In this document: positions 60,640 to 64,000 of the stretch, in pieces
Layout: the number at the start of each line of letters is the position of its first letter
Position numbering within the stretch: the first letter of the stretch is position 1
Assembly (NCBI GenBank): GCA_008632985.1
Contig: QPGO01000096.1
Coordinates: forward strand, 62,001-126,000
DNA: 64,000 nucleotides
Direction: 5' to 3'
Origin: Psammoneis japonica
Lineage: Eukaryota
Translations under genes and position numbers: made by a program
The notes under the pieces: model-generated
Database searches by the model: none
What the model was told of the DNA's origin: nothing
The model's input: only the letters and a program-made list of their open reading frames with translations

Positions 60640-63030
60640 TTCGTCGTTGAATCTGCTCATCTTTGATGGACTAGACCTTTCATGCTGGAACCAAAAACTT
60701 CATTGTTTCCTTTCTTAGCACTTTACTGGAGGCAGTCAATCTGGTGAAGCAAGATGATGACATGCTGGATGTGGGTGGAGATGGTGAAAACTCACTCTCT
60801 TGCGGATGTCTGCACAGCGCAACATCATGAATGAAAAATCAAAAGATGAACTTTCAGCTTGAACTTGTGTCATTCCAGATCACCCCTCTGGCTCCTGGCA
60901 TCATGGAAAGGCCCACACAATCAGAGGGAGAAAGATGGCCAAAGATTGTCTTTCTGACATGGCAAAATTGCAGACGTGTTGATTGTTGCATGGCTCATCA
61001 TCCAACACTTTCACAGCTGTTAAAATTCAACGGATGCATTCACAACAGTTGTTTTGCAAGAGACTGATGAGACACATCCAAGAGCTGAGTCCACCTGAAA
61101 CAAGACTGTTGTGTGGGACTTGTTTCTCTGTGCAACTGTGCAACACTTTTTTTGTTCTTGTCTTGGAGTTGGTTTCACATGGAACACTTCTTGTTGCAAG
61201 CATTTGTGACAGAAAGAGCCAGCAAAGGTGCAGTGCAAGATGTTCCAAATGCATCTGGAACAAGCAGTCACAGCTTTCACTGAGCAGTCATTTGACCCAC
61301 CAAACTGTCTCTCTGTGGCCCCAATTGTCTTGAATTGGTCGGGCCAGCTGACAGAACCAAAAAACACAAGCACACACAAACACACAGATCTGTGTCATTT
61401 TGATGCAGTCACTTCAGCTGTCCACCTGGGCTGCCAATCTCAATCTTTGTCAGAACTCAAAAGGACAAATCAAATCACATGTTTTTTGTCCCATGCCATG
61501 TGCCACCATGACTTTCAGCACCCACAACACCTCAATTGCTGTCACCTTGTGGCACTTGGAGAACCCTTGTGTGTTTGCAGAGCAGCAGCAATGTGCGCTG
61601 TGACCACAAGGGTGTTGTCTTGGCATTGTGGAGCACTTGTGGTCAAGAACTTGTGCTCAGTTTTGAACGCAGCAAAAGCACACAGCAGATTTTTCCAAAC
61701 ACCAGCAAAGGTGCCCCCCTTGTCATGAGAAAAGGGAAAAACAAACTTTGCAGCTGAGTCTGCTGCCACACACTTGTTTTGGCCATGCACAGCTCCATCA
61801 TGGCATTGTCATCAACTCCACGTTGAGTGGCGTAATGAGCATTTGACAGAAGTTGCTGCAAAAGGAACCCCAAATTGCCATTGTGTCATGCCCATTCACT
61901 CTTGTTGTTGAGATTCCTTCTTGTTTGTGTCATGAGACATGAGCTCATGTGCTCATGACCCAACAGTGCATTGTTGACACAGATTTGTTTTTTTGGAGTG
62001 ACCCATTTGCCGCTGCGTGGCATTGACTGTGTTTTGATGCACCTTCCTCTTTTTGCATGACTGACAGACCTCTCAGACAATGCACACATGCACGCGCACA
62101 TGGCATGTGTGGAGTCCAACCCGTTGGCAATTGTGGCGGTGTGAGCAGGTGGAAGAGCTGCCAAACAGCCAAAGCAACCTGATCTTGGCATGCCAGACAA
62201 CCAGATGTTTGCTTGGCATTTGCACACAACAAGAAAGAGCTGTCCAAGGGTTGCTTGTGCTGGGGGAATGGCAGCAAAACTGACTCCCAGATGTGCTCAC
62301 CACCCATGCAACAAGACAGATGAGAAAATGTTCATGATCCAATGCATTGTGTGCAAAAGTGCACCAAAAACTCATGGGACTTGGCAAAGAAAGGCGCACA
62401 CACATGACTTCCTTCGATTCACACCAAACAAGGCCCCACACATGACAGCTCACTTTGTGAGAAGAGACACTTGCTGGGCTGGATTGTCAAGCCCTGGATG
62501 GCCCTTCTGCAGGGCACAGCAAGGTGTTGTCTCTCCTGGACAAAAGAAAAAAGGAGGTTGGTTGAGGTGCTGATTTTGCTCTGTGCTTTTGATGCTCATT
62601 TGTGGCTCACTTGTCTGGCAGTTGTTTTGCACTGTTGCTCAGTTGGTGTTTTTTGTCTCTGTGGTGTGTTCCCAGCTGTTTTGCACCTGTGCAGTTTCTG
62701 ATCATCTTTGTTTGCTGCCAGTGCTGTTTCACATTGTGAGCTTGCTGTCATCTTGTTCTTGATCTGTGGCCCTGATGTTTCAACCTGATTGTGCCAGCCA
62801 AGATGCTCCAACTCGTCCTCAAGAGATGTGGCTTCTGCAGCCCATGACTGTGGACATTCTTCTCGCACACAAGCTCCTCTGGCACACCCCTGATCCCCCC
62901 CTCAAGACCTGGTTCTTGCTCACATTCAAGCAAAGAAAGATCAGGATACTCTGGCTCTTCTTTGACATCCTTCAGTGCCTCCAATGTCCCCTCAAGACCC
63001 CGCTTGAAGATGTCGAAAAAATTCATCAGC
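60640..63030. other. Hypermutated repeat domain E
   Basis: TpA and CpG depleted; protein-like remnant at the right edge with apparent Tyr to Cys/His changes. Confidence 0.85.
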
Positions 63031-63384
63031 ATCATCACGCGTGACCAGTGCGGTGCCGGAATGCCGCGCAGCGGCTCTGTCGCAACGTAGCTGTAAGGCC
63101 CTACCGCAGTGTAGAGGCGATGTACCATCAGCCGTTGCATTAGATCTCTAGCTAGAGATTCTCTTTTAAGAAAGAGGACCAAGAGGTTTTGAATAATTGG
63201 TGGATGTTTCGATTTCTTGCAGAAAGATGCGCCACCTCTGCTGCGTCCAATGCCACTGAGGACGCAATATGCTTTGAAAATAAATAGAAACATTACACAT
63301 GCAGCAAACTTTAGCCTCTACTCGTACCATGGACAGCGTAATAGAGAACTCCATCTGCGTTACTTCCCCCCATTCATCTTGACG

Positions 63385-64000
63385 TTAACATTCGTTTGCG
63401 TTCTCCCCTACACTCACGGGTAACGATTTGCGCTTACCATTCGGTCCAAGCCAGCTTAACCCTTCTTGTTCAAGTCTCGCGATCCGTTCATCAGTTAGTT
63501 GTGACTTTTTGCCCCTCAGTTTCAGAGAATATTCTTGCCTCTGTTTGCTTACCCATTTTCCCAGAGGCGGGTTTGCGGCATGCGCCTGCGGCACGTTGCA
63601 ATGTCCAAACTCCGCTTTAAATTCCCGCAACTGCTCAAAACGAGCCTCCCAGCCAACACTAGGGGGCTTGAGGCGCCACTGAAAGCCTATTGCATCGAGA
63701 CGCCTTCTTTGCTCTGCGGTGAGGGGTGCAACGCGAAACTTTGTATTCAGGTTTCCTCCCGAAGCCGCAATCATTTCCGAGTGCCTTTTCTTCTCACGTT
63801 GCCACCTGACCCACTCTCCGAGAGAGCTATTACGCTGCGTGGCATTGCAATGCCCGTTAATCTTCTTGAATTTATCAATTCATTGAACTTGTTGTCCCAT
63901 GCCTTGTTCCCTGAATTCCACGAAAAGCCAATCGTGTCCAGAGCCTTGATGCGTTCCTCTGTCATTACATTGTGCTTGTCTGAATCACGATTCGCGTAAT
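63385..64000 (-). CDS. Helicase-associated (HA, PF03457-like) repeat protein, 5' end outside the window; apparent 1-nt frameshift at ~63872; probable intron after ~63417
   Basis: LDTIGFSW..WDNKFNEL, WEARFEQLREFKAEFGHCNVP..LGKWVSKQR and LTDERIARLE.EGLSW are HA-domain repeats. Confidence 0.8.

Noticed and set aside
1..63030. Classical fungal RIP, or an alternative genetic code, as the explanation of the domains
   Set aside because: RIP raises TpA and lowers GC, the opposite of what is seen. Neighbouring genes use the standard code with normal stops, and the relics are frameshifted.

Overview
This is eukaryotic nuclear DNA, most likely from a diatom. The evidence is short GT-AG introns, a CbbY gene with a signal peptide ending in 'NA-F' (bipartite plastid targeting), an ankyrin-tailed myosin and diatom-type LINE relics. 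The window alternates sharply between two compartments. (1) Gene islands of normal composition encode an RTEL1-like Fe-S helicase with a RING tail, a myosin-IQ-ankyrin-kinase-like protein, CbbY, a ~3000-aa repeat/ankyrin/kinase-like protein, a proline iminopeptidase, an HA-domain protein, several orphan ORFs and a DBP4/DDX10 pseudogene. (2) Five blocks (~1-12.7, 28.4-34.15, 45.5-48.35, 52.8-55.85 and 60.6-63.0 kb) of decayed transposons and duplications have lost almost all CpG and almost all TpA, converted to TpG/CpA. Conserved retrotransposon motifs show both changes side by side (AYRP read as ACWP and AC*P). Duplicated copies carry reciprocal CA/TG at aligned sites, surviving TpA sites are mostly YTAR, and a neighbouring pseudogene is spared. 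Together this suggests a targeted, context-specific hypermutation (genome-defence) process, not just 5mC decay. Most short Cys/His-rich ORFs in the track are artefacts of this TpA loss. All calls are by eye; no searches or computations were run.
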